From positions 5,722 through 69,721 of the forward strand of contig JAFRAU010000036.1 in NCBI GenBank assembly GCA_017405245.1: a DNA stretch of 64,000 nt, written 5' to 3'. Below the pieces are notes generated by a model. It did not search any database. It saw only the letters and a program-made list of their open reading frames with translations, and had not been told where the DNA came from. Below, piece by piece: positions 9,142-18,699 of this stretch. Numbering within the stretch: position 1 is the first letter of the stretch; every line of letters starts with the position of its first letter. The DNA is from Candidatus Saccharimonadota bacterium. GTDB lineage: Bacteria > Patescibacteriota > Saccharimonadia > Saccharimonadales > Saccharimonadaceae. The position numbers and the translations under genes were made by a program.

Positions 9142-10080
9142 ATGCGCATGAAGCCAAAAGCTACAAAAAAGAACGTGATAATTTTATCGATGACATTGAC
9201 CGTTTTCGTGGTAGCTACGGCGGTGGTACTTATTCTAAAAATGGTAAATGGGAAGAGTGGGGAAAATGTAGAGAGTGCAAAAGATACCAGTGCAGAGCAG
9301 GTAGATGAGAATGACAATGAGACAGAGGAGGCAAATAGCGAAGCCGAAAAACATAACGAGGAAGTCAGTGAAGAGGTGAAGCAAGACGCAAAAGAGACTG
9401 TGGTGCCAACGGCAGCTGTACCGACAGGAGGAAATTGTAGTACGGCGCTAGGGAAACTGATGCTCATTAATGCGAATTTTACAGTGGATAATACATTTAT
9501 TGCAAATAGAAGAAATCAACTAGTGGATTTAGCTACGACTTATGGGGTAAGGGAGGCAAATTCTTGGAATGGAACGCCGCTACTTGACTCGGAAGCGGCA
9601 GCGCAACTTTATGAAATGATGAGAGCATATAGTGCCGAAAATCAGGGGCATAGTTTGTCGACAATGTCTTGTTTTAGAAGTTATGGTACGAGTTGTGGGA
9701 GGCTTTGCGCAGCGACAGGGACATCGGACCACCATACGGGATACACTTGTGATTTAATAGATACAGATTATGGAAGTACTCTGGACACGGATTATTATAA
9801 CTCTCATCCGGATTGGCAATGGCTGAAAGCAAATTCTTATAAGTATGGATTTATAGATAGATACCCAATAGAGTGGGCTGGCTCGTCAATGAGTGAGCCT
9901 TTAAATGTTGATGCAAATGGTACGACAGGGTATTATGAAACGTGGCATTATCGATACGTGGGAAATCCGGCGGCAACAGAAATTGCGCAGGGGAAATATA
10001 ATGGGGGGAGATACGATAGCTTGGAACACTATTTGAAAATGATTGGAATGGTAAAATCACTGAATCCGGCAGGATGCTGA
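9142..10080 (+). CDS. Membrane-anchored D-Ala-D-Ala carboxypeptidase, VanY/M15B family
   Basis: N-terminal TM helix. SDHHTGYTCDL and WHYRYVG are zinc-site blocks of M15B peptidases. ATG lies 7 nt after TGcTATAAT (9126-9134). Confidence 0.8.
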   Translation: MRMKPKATKKNVIILSMTLTVFVVATAVVLILKMVNGKSGENVESAKDTSAEQVDENDNETEEANSEAEKHNEEVSEEVKQDAKETVVPTAAVPTGGNCSTALGKLMLINANFTVDNTFIANRRNQLVDLATTYGVREANSWNGTPLLDSEAAAQLYEMMRAYSAENQGHSLSTMSCFRSYGTSCGRLCAATGTSDHHTGYTCDLIDTDYGSTLDTDYYNSHPDWQWLKANSYKYGFIDRYPIEWAGSSMSEPLNVDANGTTGYYETWHYRYVGNPAATEIAQGKYNGGRYDSLEHYLKMIGMVKSLNPAGC

Positions 10081-10162
10081 AATGGTTTGATAGGTTTTTG
10101 AATGGAACAGAATAGGTAAAGTAAGTATTAGTAACAGGGGTGGGAGAGACTAAATTAGAAAA

Positions 10163-10189
10163 TTAGCACTCTCTACTTGACAGTGCTAA
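10163..10189 (+). promoter_or_regulatory. CIRCE operator (HrcA-type inverted repeat)
   Basis: TTAGCACTC-N9-CAGTGCTAA, one mismatch to the consensus TTAGCACTC-N9-GAGTGCTAA. Directly upstream of groES. Confidence 0.85.
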
Positions 10190-10205
10190 TTTTCTGCGTT
10201 AGAAT
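10177..10205 (+). promoter_or_regulatory. groES-groEL sigma-70-type promoter overlapping CIRCE
   Basis: TTGACA (10177-10182), 17-nt spacer, TAGAAT (10200-10205). Confidence 0.7.
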
Positions 10206-10288
10206 GGAATTAACAGGTTGAATTAGTGAAGCCCTAGAAAATATAGCCAGGAATAAACGAATTTGACCAGTAAGAAAAGGAGTAAAAT

Positions 10289-10543
10289 ATGGCAATAAAA
10301 CCAAGAAAAGACAAGATTGTGGCTATCAAAGAGCAGCCACTAGAAAAAACTAGCTCCGGGATTCTCTTAGGTGAGGCAAAAGAAACTCCGGCTTACGCGG
10401 TTGTAGAGGCCGTAGGGTCTGAGGTAAAAGATATTAAAAAAGGTGACAAGATTATTTTCAAGGAATTTTCTACGACCAATATTAAAGTAGATGATAAAGA
10501 TTATATTATTGTTGCGGAAGAAGACGTTCTAGCAACAATTTAA
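10289..10543 (+). CDS. groES: Co-chaperonin GroES
   Basis: 84-aa Cpn10 pattern (IKPRKDKIV...SGILL...GDKIIF). AAGGAG ribosome-binding site. Confidence 0.9.
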   Translation: MAIKPRKDKIVAIKEQPLEKTSSGILLGEAKETPAYAVVEAVGSEVKDIKKGDKIIFKEFSTTNIKVDDKDYIIVAEEDVLATI

Positions 10544-10637
10544 TGGCTACTTTGCGCGGTGCAAAAGAGATGAAGTTTTGCTAAACGCGGTATTAGAGAA
10601 AAAACTAATCTTGAAATTATTAATTTGAAAGGAAAAT

Positions 10638-12251
10638 ATGAAGAAAATTTATTACGAAGAGGATGCGAGGGAGAAAATTTTAAGTGGAGCTAAACAGCTT
10701 TATGACGCGGTAAAAGTTACCTATGGACCGAAAGGTAAAAATGTAGTGATTGAGAAATCTTATGGTGCACCAACGATTACGCACGATGGTGTGACGGTGG
10801 CAGAAGCAGTAGATTTAGGTGCAACAGATGATAACTTAGGTGAACAAATTGGTGCAAAGCTGATTAAAACGGCAGCGCAGAAGCTAAATAAAGTAGCAGG
10901 TGATGGAACAACTACCGTAACAGTACTAACATATAATATCTTGGCAGAGGCGAATAAGCTGATTGCTGCTGGCATTAATCCGATGGAACTAAGACGCGGA
11001 ATTGAAAAAGCTGGTGCAGAGATTGTGAAAGAAATTGACAGTGCGGCTGAAAAGATAGAGGGAGATAGTGCAAAAGTAGCGGAAGTAGCAACGATTTCTG
11101 CGGGGGATGAGGAAATTGGTAAAATGATTGCGGAAGTGATTTCTAAGATTGGTAAAGATGGTGTAGTGACGGTGGAAGCTGGCCAAGGTCTAGAAATGGA
11201 GCAGGAAATCGTAGAAGGATTTAGCTATGATAAGGGGTATAGCTCACCATTCTTTGTGACGGATGTAAATAGACAAGAAGCAGTATTTGAAAAACCAGCG
11301 ATTTTGGTAACAGATAAGAAAATTAGTGCAGCTTCTGATATTTTGCCACTCCTAGAACAGTGTGCCCAAGCTGGAAAGAAAGACTTAGTGATTATTGCCG
11401 AAGAAGTTGAAGGTGAAGCATTGTCGCTTTTGGTTTTGAATAAGCTGAAAGGTACATTTAATGCGCTGGTACTTAAAGCCCCAGCATTTGGTGATAGACG
11501 TAAGGAAATTATGGAAGATATTGCAATCTTGACAGATGCAACCTTAGTGTCGCAGGATAAAGGCTTGAAATTAGAAGAAGCGGGGTTGGAAGTATTAGGG
11601 TCGGCTGGTAAGGTTATTGCAACAAAAGATGAAACTACAATCATCAAGGGAGCCGGAGCAGCTGCTGAGGTAAAGGCAAGGATTGAGCTAATTAATTCTC
11701 AGGCTGAGATGGCGGGTTCTGATTACGAGAAAGGTGAGTTAGAGAAGCGGGCAGCAGCACTTTCCGGGAAGGTTGCTGTAATAAAAGTGGGTGGCGCAAC
11801 AGAGACGGAAATTGACGAGAAGAAATTCCGTGTGGATGACGCAGTAGCAGCCACGAAGGCAGCGCTTTCTGAGGGAATTGTGCCAGGTGGCGGTGTAACT
11901 CTTCTTAATGCTGCATCCAAGATTAAGGCGAGTGATGCAGGAGCGACTATCGTGAAAAATGCACTTAGAGCTCCATTTACTACGATTATGGAAAATGCAG
12001 GACTTAATTCTCAGGCACTTCTTGCGGAAGTAGAGAAGGCGAAAGCTGGACAGGGAATTGATGTTTCTGCTCCGGAAAAAGGGCTAATTGATCTCAAAAA
12101 GTCTGGAATTATCGATCCGGCCAGAGTAACTCGTGAAGCGGTACAGAATGCAATCAGTATTGCGGCGACGACTATTACAATGGGTGCGTTGATTGTAGAC
12201 GTTCCAGAAAAGGAGCCGGCTGCAACACCTGATATGGGTGGAATGTATTAA
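10638..12251 (+). CDS. groEL: Chaperonin GroEL
   Basis: GPKGKNVVIE, AGDGTTT, VGGATE. C-terminal GGM-type tail (DMGGMY). Confidence 0.95.
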   Translation: MKKIYYEEDAREKILSGAKQLYDAVKVTYGPKGKNVVIEKSYGAPTITHDGVTVAEAVDLGATDDNLGEQIGAKLIKTAAQKLNKVAGDGTTTVTVLTYNILAEANKLIAAGINPMELRRGIEKAGAEIVKEIDSAAEKIEGDSAKVAEVATISAGDEEIGKMIAEVISKIGKDGVVTVEAGQGLEMEQEIVEGFSYDKGYSSPFFVTDVNRQEAVFEKPAILVTDKKISAASDILPLLEQCAQAGKKDLVIIAEEVEGEALSLLVLNKLKGTFNALVLKAPAFGDRRKEIMEDIAILTDATLVSQDKGLKLEEAGLEVLGSAGKVIATKDETTIIKGAGAAAEVKARIELINSQAEMAGSDYEKGELEKRAAALSGKVAVIKVGGATETEIDEKKFRVDDAVAATKAALSEGIVPGGGVTLLNAASKIKASDAGATIVKNALRAPFTTIMENAGLNSQALLAEVEKAKAGQGIDVSAPEKGLIDLKKSGIIDPARVTREAVQNAISIAATTITMGALIVDVPEKEPAATPDMGGMY

Positions 12252-12312
12252 AGCGTTTGATTGACTATGGGGGAGAGGTTAAAGCGTGCGTTAGAAACGC
12301 ATAAATCATAAA

Positions 12313-12342
12313 ATGATGGGTCTTATTGGCCCATCATTTTTA
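12313..12342 (+). terminator. Intrinsic terminator after groEL
   Basis: ATGATGGG-tcttattgg-CCCATCAT followed by TTTTT. Confidence 0.75.
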
Positions 12343-12860
12343 CGGAAAATAGTGGTCTGGTTCATCGTATTTTCGAAAAAAAGTGGTGCAAATCTATTAT
12401 TATATATGAAAAAACAGTGGATTTTCAAACACGAGCTGAAATGGAAAATCTGATTGACCTCTGTAAAAATTGTAATGGTAGAGCTTGACAAGTAGTGTCT
12501 TGGTGTGCATGATGGGTAGTTTTTGGCAAAAATGGTGACAAGCATAAGGAGGATAATAGGAAAAAATCTCTGTTTATAATGCATAAGTTTGTGTCTAAAA
12601 ATTCTTTTTAGTATGCTTAGGGTGTGGGCAAGAAAAGAATTAAAAATGCGTCGCAGGGTGGCAGACATAGGCTGTGATAAATGTTGGTCCAGGGATGAAT
12701 TAGGAGCAGGTGCGCATGGATAATTCTCAAAGCTCATGGATAAAGATGATATTCTAGGTAGTCATCTTTGTGGTACCTATAACTTTGCGCATAATGTGGC
12801 TCGAAAACACAGGCTAGGAAGAAATGAAGTGTGGATTTCTAATATAATCAGGAGCAAGAC

Positions 12861-12889
12861 TTGTCAAATCTTGGACCTTGGGTTATAAT
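12861..12889 (+). promoter_or_regulatory. rpsF operon promoter
   Basis: TTGTCA (12861-12866), 17-nt spacer, TATAAT (12884-12889). A roughly 78-nt leader with hairpin ACTCA-gcaag-TGAGT precedes the AAGGAG ribosome-binding site. Confidence 0.65.
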
Positions 12890-12967
12890 AGTAGAGATAT
12901 TAACCAATTAAACACTCAGCAAGTGAGTTTCGAGCTGCATTTGCTTTAACCAAAGGAGTATTTATTA

Positions 12968-13348
12968 ATGAGACAGTATGAACTTACTGTGCTAATTCAT
13001 CCGGATTTAGAGATGAATTTGCAGCCTGCTCTCGATAAGGCTAAAAAGATGATCGAGGAAGTTGGTGGTAAAATCACCAAAGAAGCCAATGAAGGCAAAA
13101 AGCGTCTGGCTTATAGGATTGCAAAGCAAGATTTTGCGATTTACTATTACTATGAGTTAGACTTGCCTGACGATAAAAAACAGGCAAAGAAGCTAGCTGA
13201 TGGCTTAGACATTGCGGATGAGTTTATTCGTCACTTGCTTGTGACGGTAGATGAAAACCGTATTAAGTTAGAGGCTAAACGCAAGGCGCGTAAGAGCGCT
13301 GAGGGGGAAGAAGAGGAAGCACAAGAAGACCAAGACAAGGAGGTATAA
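12968..13348 (+). CDS. rpsF: 30S ribosomal protein S6 (acidic C-terminal tail)
   Basis: MRQYELTVLIHPDL... S6 signature. Gene order is rpsF-ssb-rpsR. Confidence 0.9.
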   Translation: MRQYELTVLIHPDLEMNLQPALDKAKKMIEEVGGKITKEANEGKKRLAYRIAKQDFAIYYYYELDLPDDKKQAKKLADGLDIADEFIRHLLVTVDENRIKLEAKRKARKSAEGEEEEAQEDQDKEV

Positions 13349-13813
13349 ATGGCACGTGGTTTTTCTAAGGCAATTATCTGTGGTAACATTACTCGCGATC
13401 CAGAGCTGAGATCAACGCCTAGCGGAGCAAAAGTTTGTTCTTTTTCCGTTGCGGTGAATCGAACCTATCGTGATGCGAATGGTGCTAATCAGGAGAGCGT
13501 ATCTTTTATAGATTGTTCTGCTTGGGGCAAGGTCGCAGAAATTTTGGAACAATATGCTAAGAAAGGAACAGGAATCTTAGTTTCTGGACGACTCGATCAG
13601 AGGAGTTGGGAAGATAAGAATTCTGGACAAAAGCGTTCTCGCGTAGAAATCGTAGTGGAAGATTTTAACTTCCTAGGTGGTAACGGTGCGGGAGCTGATG
13701 GCGGTAATAATCGTGCAAGTGCCGGAGCTAATAGTAGCGACGGAGCGGACGTTGTTCCAGATGATATTCCAGATGATGGCTCAGAAGTAGCCCTGGATGA
13801 TATACCGTTTTAA
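13349..13813 (+). CDS. ssb: Single-stranded DNA-binding protein
   Basis: OB-fold N-terminus, Gly/Asn-rich linker, acidic tip DDIPF. Confidence 0.9.
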   Translation: MARGFSKAIICGNITRDPELRSTPSGAKVCSFSVAVNRTYRDANGANQESVSFIDCSAWGKVAEILEQYAKKGTGILVSGRLDQRSWEDKNSGQKRSRVEIVVEDFNFLGGNGAGADGGNNRASAGANSSDGADVVPDDIPDDGSEVALDDIPF

Positions 13814-13831
13814 TTAGAAAGAAAGGAATGT

Positions 13832-14023
13832 ATGCGCAAAGTTAAAAATGATCCAAATCTTTACTTTGATTATCGTGATGTGAAGACATTACAGAGATAT
13901 GTTGATGCTTATGGTAGATTAGAGCCAGTTTCTAAGACTGGTCTAACCACGAAGCAACAAAGACAACTTGCGACTGCTGTAAAGCGTGCAAGACATTTGG
14001 CACTACTACCATTTGTGGCTTAA
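13832..14023 (+). CDS. rpsR: 30S ribosomal protein S18
   Basis: [14 protein letters not shown]...[24 protein letters not shown]. Confidence 0.9.
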   Translation: MRKVKNDPNLYFDYRDVKTLQRYVDAYGRLEPVSKTGLTTKQQRQLATAVKRARHLALLPFVA

Positions 14024-14042
14024 CTAAGAAGGAGAGAAGTAT

Positions 14043-14609
14043 ATGTATGGACCGACAGATTTGAAAAAGAATGTGCTGATTACGCTTGATGGGCAGCCAT
14101 ATAAGGTAATTGAATATTCGCAGAAGGTAATGGGCAGGGGTGGTTCCATCGTGAATGTAAAGGTAAAAAATTTAATTACCGGAGCACTTTTGCCAAAAAC
14201 ATTTAAGGGTCAAGAGAAAATTGAGCCAGCAGAGGTGACGACGCGTAAAGTTCAATATCTCTATCGTGATGATGAAAAATTTTATTTCATGGATCCAGAA
14301 AGTTTTGAACAGTACGAGCTTTCTGCTGAGATGGTGGGAGATGCAGCTGACTTTATGCGTGATGGCGATGAAATGGAAATTCAGTTCTATAATGGAACGC
14401 CAATTAATTTAGTGTTGCCGAAGAATTTGTGGCTTAAAGTTACATATACTGAAAATGCTGTAAAAGGAGATACGTCCACTTCTATTACAAAAGACGCAAC
14501 GTTGGAAACTGGGGTAGTGATTAAGGTTCCGGCTTTCATCAAGGAGGGTGACGTAGTGAGCGTGGATACGGAAACACGTGCATATCGTGAGCGTCAAGGA
14601 AAAAATTAG
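14043..14609 (+). CDS. efp: Elongation factor P
   Basis: 188 aa with the three-domain EF-P pattern (VIEYSQKVMGRGGSIVNVKVKNLITG). Confidence 0.9.
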   Translation: MYGPTDLKKNVLITLDGQPYKVIEYSQKVMGRGGSIVNVKVKNLITGALLPKTFKGQEKIEPAEVTTRKVQYLYRDDEKFYFMDPESFEQYELSAEMVGDAADFMRDGDEMEIQFYNGTPINLVLPKNLWLKVTYTENAVKGDTSTSITKDATLETGVVIKVPAFIKEGDVVSVDTETRAYRERQGKN

Positions 14610-15201
14610 CGTGGTGATATCCAGGGCGGAGAATAAGCTGGCAGGTGCGGTGTCGGCTTTTTCTTATGATTTTAGAGGGAAAATTGTACTTGATATTGGT
14701 TCTTCTACTGGTGGATTTACTGAATATGTGATAAATGCTGGTGCAAGGAAAGTGATTGCTGTCGAGAAAGGAACGCGACAGATGAAGGAGCCACTGAGAT
14801 TCAGTAAAAAGGTGGAACTGCATGAGAAAACGGATATTTTTAATGTGACTTCTTGTGAAACCCTGGGTGGTACTAGCGAGGTGCTGATAGAGCAGCCTGA
14901 TGTGATTGTGGCGGATGTATCGTTCGTGAGTCTAAAAAAAGTGTTAGAATATGTCAAAAAAAGAATAGCAAATAAGAATACAGATTTGCTGGTGATGCTA
15001 AAACCGCAATTTGAGGCGCGAGGTGAGCAGCTTCATAGGGGAATAGTGAAGAATGAAAAAATTCGACGTCAGATAATTCTGGACTTTGAACAGTGGTTAA
15101 AAATGGCTGGATTTTTAATAGTAAAAAAGCACGATAACGAGCTTAAAGGCAGAAACGGAAATAAGGAAAGATTTTATTATTTGAAACTGGCCAAATCATA
15201 G
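14578..15201 (+). CDS. TlyA-family rRNA 2'-O-methyltransferase (no S4 domain)
   Basis: LDIGSSTGGFTEYVINAGARKVIAVE SAM-binding motif. Overlaps the efp 3' end; the start is uncertain. Confidence 0.6.
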   Translation: MHIVSVKEKISVVISRAENKLAGAVSAFSYDFRGKIVLDIGSSTGGFTEYVINAGARKVIAVEKGTRQMKEPLRFSKKVELHEKTDIFNVTSCETLGGTSEVLIEQPDVIVADVSFVSLKKVLEYVKKRIANKNTDLLVMLKPQFEARGEQLHRGIVKNEKIRRQIILDFEQWLKMAGFLIVKKHDNELKGRNGNKERFYYLKLAKS

Positions 15202-15231
15202 AAAAACGTGAGATTTCCCCTAGTAACCCTC

Positions 15232-15260
15232 TTGACACTTGAAAAGCTCGTGCTTATAAT
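15232..15260 (+). promoter_or_regulatory. Type IV pilus operon promoter (leaderless configuration)
   Basis: TTGACA (15232-15237), 17-nt spacer, TATAAT (15255-15260). The pilM ATG begins 7 nt after the -10 element. Confidence 0.7.
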
Positions 15261-15266
15261 AGTAGC

Positions 15267-16313
15267 ATGAGCTTATTGCATGGTGTGGGCGAATTCTTCG
15301 CATTAGATATTGGGACGAGCGCTATGAGATTAGTGCAGCTCGATGGGGATGCGCAACATGGATTTCAGCTAATTAGATATGCTTATGTACCAATAGATCC
15401 AAAGATTGCTCAGGACACAAGTGAGGCCGGCCAGAGACGTATGGGAGAGTTGATTTTGGGTGCAATGAAACAAGCAGGAATTAAAACGAAAAATATAGCA
15501 ATTGGACTTCCTGCCGGAAAGACTTATACTGCTGTGATTGAGGTGCCGAATCAGACTGAGAAGGAGTTGAAAAAGACAATTCGTTATGAGTTAGACCAGT
15601 ATATTCCAATGGCGGTGGATGAAGCGGAAGTGGACTATACGGCACTTGGTCCTAGTCCAAATGACCCGACTAAGGCGGAGATTTTATTATCTTCTACGGC
15701 AATGGATTATGCTGAGGAAAGAATGGAGATGATTGAAAAGCTAGGCCTTAATGTAATTGCCCAAGAACCGGAACCAATTGCGATGACAAGGTCGCTAGCT
15801 CCGGTGGGTTCTCAGGATGCGAGGATTATTGTAGACTTAGGTGAAACTTCGACGGATCTAGTAGTAGTTTATCGTGGTGCGCCAAGGCTCGTGCGTTCGA
15901 TTCCTGGTGGACTAGCTGCTTTGGTAAAGACCGTCTCTACGACATTAAATGTGCGTGAAGATCAGGCGAGAAGGTTCATCTTGAAATTTGGTTTGGCGCA
16001 GGATAAACTAGAAGGGCAGGTGTTTAAGGCGCTAGATGGAAATCTTGAAAGTTTTGCGCAGGAGTTAACTAAGTCGGTAAGGTTTTTCCAGAATAAATAT
16101 GTAGGAGCGCCAGTACTTGGAATTGTACTTTCTGGTTTTGCGGGCGTAATACCGTTTATAGCGGAATATATTGAGGTAAAGACTAATATTCAGACAATTC
16201 AGGGTAATCCATGGCAATTAGTACAGGTAACGCCAGATCAGCAGCAGGCACTAGTGGGCGTGGCGAGTGAATTTGCAGTGGCGATTGGTCTTGCGGAAAG
16301 GAATAATAACTAA
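15267..16313 (+). CDS. pilM: Type IV pilus assembly protein PilM
   Basis: Actin-like ATPase pattern FALDIGTSAMRLVQL...VDLGETSTDLVV. First gene of the pilus operon. Confidence 0.85.
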   Translation: MSLLHGVGEFFALDIGTSAMRLVQLDGDAQHGFQLIRYAYVPIDPKIAQDTSEAGQRRMGELILGAMKQAGIKTKNIAIGLPAGKTYTAVIEVPNQTEKELKKTIRYELDQYIPMAVDEAEVDYTALGPSPNDPTKAEILLSSTAMDYAEERMEMIEKLGLNVIAQEPEPIAMTRSLAPVGSQDARIIVDLGETSTDLVVVYRGAPRLVRSIPGGLAALVKTVSTTLNVREDQARRFILKFGLAQDKLEGQVFKALDGNLESFAQELTKSVRFFQNKYVGAPVLGIVLSGFAGVIPFIAEYIEVKTNIQTIQGNPWQLVQVTPDQQQALVGVASEFAVAIGLAERNNN

Positions 16314-17776
16314 TGTTCCAGAAGGTGCAAAAGTGGTTTGAAAAAGAGTGGAAGGCAACACTTAAAAAGTTTGGTATTAAGGTAAAAGAAAAACCAACGA
16401 TGATGACGGAGCAAAATGCTTCGTATGAGATTAACCTGGTGCCGGAAGTTAAGCGACGCATGATTAAGGCAATGAAGCTGCGCAATATCATGTTATTCAT
16501 CTCTATAATTTTGGTGGCAATGGCTGGTGGAACGGTAATGATTATGGCTAGCATTTGGGAGGGGCAGAACATTGCGATGAGTAGCCAAGATACAAGACTT
16601 AAAACTATGTCTGATAAACTTAAATCTTATGATAGCTTAGGAGAGTTTTTGACTATCCAGAATCAGTTAGGTAATCTTGAAGAGATTAATACTAATAAGA
16701 AGGTTCTTTCGAGAGTATTTTCTATTCTAGGAACGATTCTTCCAGCGGGGCCAGATACGATTTCGCTGTCAGAGCTTTCGGTTGATCTTTCTACAAATCA
16801 AATAAGATTTGATGCGCAGGCAGATGCGAAGGTCTCCCCATATATTGATTATCGCGTACTAGAATCATTCAAAAAAGGGGTGGGATTAATGAAATATGAC
16901 TATGGTAGGTATGTTGACGCACAGGATAATGAAATTCCGACACGATGCATGGTGGAAACGGATAGTAATGGCAATATCTTGATGGAGGAAGAAAAAGTTG
17001 GCGTAACAACAGATAAATATATTTATGCATATTGGCTCAAAGGTAAGAAGGGTTGTGATCCGACTGAGGACGGTATGGACGAGGAAGAACCGGAGGGCGA
17101 AGTAGTAGAAGATAATAGTGCAAGTAATCCAGCAAATCAAATGCTTTCTGATTTTGCAGTGACAGGGAACGCTAATCAGGCTGAGCAAGCGGAAACTAAT
17201 TCCCAGACAGCGGAGGAATTGGCGCAAGCGGTAACCGATACTTACAATCAGAAGATGGAAAAGTTGGATGATTATGGTAAAAATTTGGCCGCACAACAGC
17301 TTGATAGTGGTGTGAGTATGAGCGATGTCGAAGTTGTTAAAGTTTACCGAAGTCCAAGATTTTCTGAGTGGTATAAAGATGGCTATATGGATGAGTCCGG
17401 GACGATTACGGGTGTACCACACTTTAACAGTGAGTGCATTGTGTATACTGGTGCAGATATTGGTTCTGGTATGAGATGGACTTCGACTAATGATTGTGCA
17501 CTTTCGACAGAAGATGTAGTAATTCGGGATTCTTCTAATGGACGAGATTCTTCCGGTAGCTTGGTATTAAGGTTTAATGCGACAATTACACTTGATGAAG
17601 CAGTATTTAGATTTGTAAATAAGCATGTAATGGCGATTTCTCCAACAGGGCAAAATGTGACAGACTCTTACGTACAGATACAAGGTATGTTTGCGGAAAG
17701 AGCAGCAGATTGTTCAGATTCTGATGTAGTATGTACGACGGCGACGACGGATTTATCAACGGAAGGGAGTGAATAA
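16313..17776 (+). CDS. PilN-like bitopic pilus alignment protein, unusually long (487 aa)
   Basis: INLVPEVKRRMIKAMKLRN followed by a TM helix is PilN-like. It has a roughly 350-aa extracytoplasmic extension with Cys residues. TAATG coupling to pilM. Confidence 0.55.
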   Translation: MFQKVQKWFEKEWKATLKKFGIKVKEKPTMMTEQNASYEINLVPEVKRRMIKAMKLRNIMLFISIILVAMAGGTVMIMASIWEGQNIAMSSQDTRLKTMSDKLKSYDSLGEFLTIQNQLGNLEEINTNKKVLSRVFSILGTILPAGPDTISLSELSVDLSTNQIRFDAQADAKVSPYIDYRVLESFKKGVGLMKYDYGRYVDAQDNEIPTRCMVETDSNGNILMEEEKVGVTTDKYIYAYWLKGKKGCDPTEDGMDEEEPEGEVVEDNSASNPANQMLSDFAVTGNANQAEQAETNSQTAEELAQAVTDTYNQKMEKLDDYGKNLAAQQLDSGVSMSDVEVVKVYRSPRFSEWYKDGYMDESGTITGVPHFNSECIVYTGADIGSGMRWTSTNDCALSTEDVVIRDSSNGRDSSGSLVLRFNATITLDEAVFRFVNKHVMAISPTGQNVTDSYVQIQGMFAERAADCSDSDVVCTTATTDLSTEGSE

Positions 17777-18699
17777 TGGCAAGTATTGATAACAATCCAG
17801 ATGGGCCAGCCAGTTCAAAAAGATTAAAGATTTCTAAGACGCAACAAGAGACATTACTAATTGTGCTAATTGCAGCAGTGGTGCTAGGTGTGTGTGGAGT
17901 GCTAGCGGTTTTCTTTGGGAAATATATTGGATTTAATTCGAAGGTACTAGATGCAAAGGATGCGGCAATAGCAGATTACGAGAAAACAATACTTAATATT
18001 GGTCTTTGTAAAGATACCGATAGGGATGGAAAGTTTTCTGATGAAGAAATTAGAAAATGTAACCCAGATACATTAGACAGTACTAGTATGCCAGGGTCTT
18101 TGCGATATAATGTGATGGTAAATATGGCAAACAATTCAGACCTCGAAAGTGTGGCGAGAGAAAGCCAGGAGGATTGTTATGACAGTGATGGTAAAAAGAT
18201 TGATTTTCAGGAGAAATTTGATGATACTGAGAATGATGAAGAAAAGGCAAGATACTTATCGATGCTTAAAATGTGCTCGGCGTTAAGGGTGATTCCAGAT
18301 GCTTTGCCGGCACAGCCTAATGAAGAAGCGTTGATGTCATCGCTTAACCAGATATTCAATATGTCTAACTGGGAGCCTGAGGCTTTGTCGCCATCAGGGA
18401 ATGTAGTGAGCGGGACGGAAGGGTTGTCTACTATCCCAGTGTCATTATCAGTGGAAGCGAATAGTGATAAAACGATGAATGTGCTAAATAATATTGAAAG
18501 ATCGATTAGAACGTTTGATTTACAAACGGCAACCGTGTCTTGGAGCGGAGAGAATTTCTTAACATTGCAATCACAAGGTGTGGCTTACTATACAGAAGAT
18601 GCGGATGTGGCGGAAACAAATAAGACAGTGTATGCATCTTCTTCTGCTAGAAAAAAGACAAATTCAACAAGTTCATCATCTAACACGGGGAGCAAATAA
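17776..18699 (+). CDS. PilO-like bitopic membrane protein
   Basis: Call rests on its position after the PilN-like gene, a single N-terminal TM and TAATG coupling. No strong motif seen. Confidence 0.4.
   Translation: MASIDNNPDGPASSKRLKISKTQQETLLIVLIAAVVLGVCGVLAVFFGKYIGFNSKVLDAKDAAIADYEKTILNIGLCKDTDRDGKFSDEEIRKCNPDTLDSTSMPGSLRYNVMVNMANNSDLESVARESQEDCYDSDGKKIDFQEKFDDTENDEEKARYLSMLKMCSALRVIPDALPAQPNEEALMSSLNQIFNMSNWEPEALSPSGNVVSGTEGLSTIPVSLSVEANSDKTMNVLNNIERSIRTFDLQTATVSWSGENFLTLQSQGVAYYTEDADVAETNKTVYASSSARKKTNSTSSSSNTGSK

Noticed and set aside
12306-12737. 143-aa minus-strand ORF in the groEL-rpsF spacer
   Set aside because: It has no ribosome-binding site, atypical composition, and its 3' end runs through the groEL terminator hairpin. 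The region is still flagged as unexplained.
16886-17422. 178-aa minus-strand ORF
   Set aside because: Antisense within the translationally coupled pilus operon. It has junk composition.
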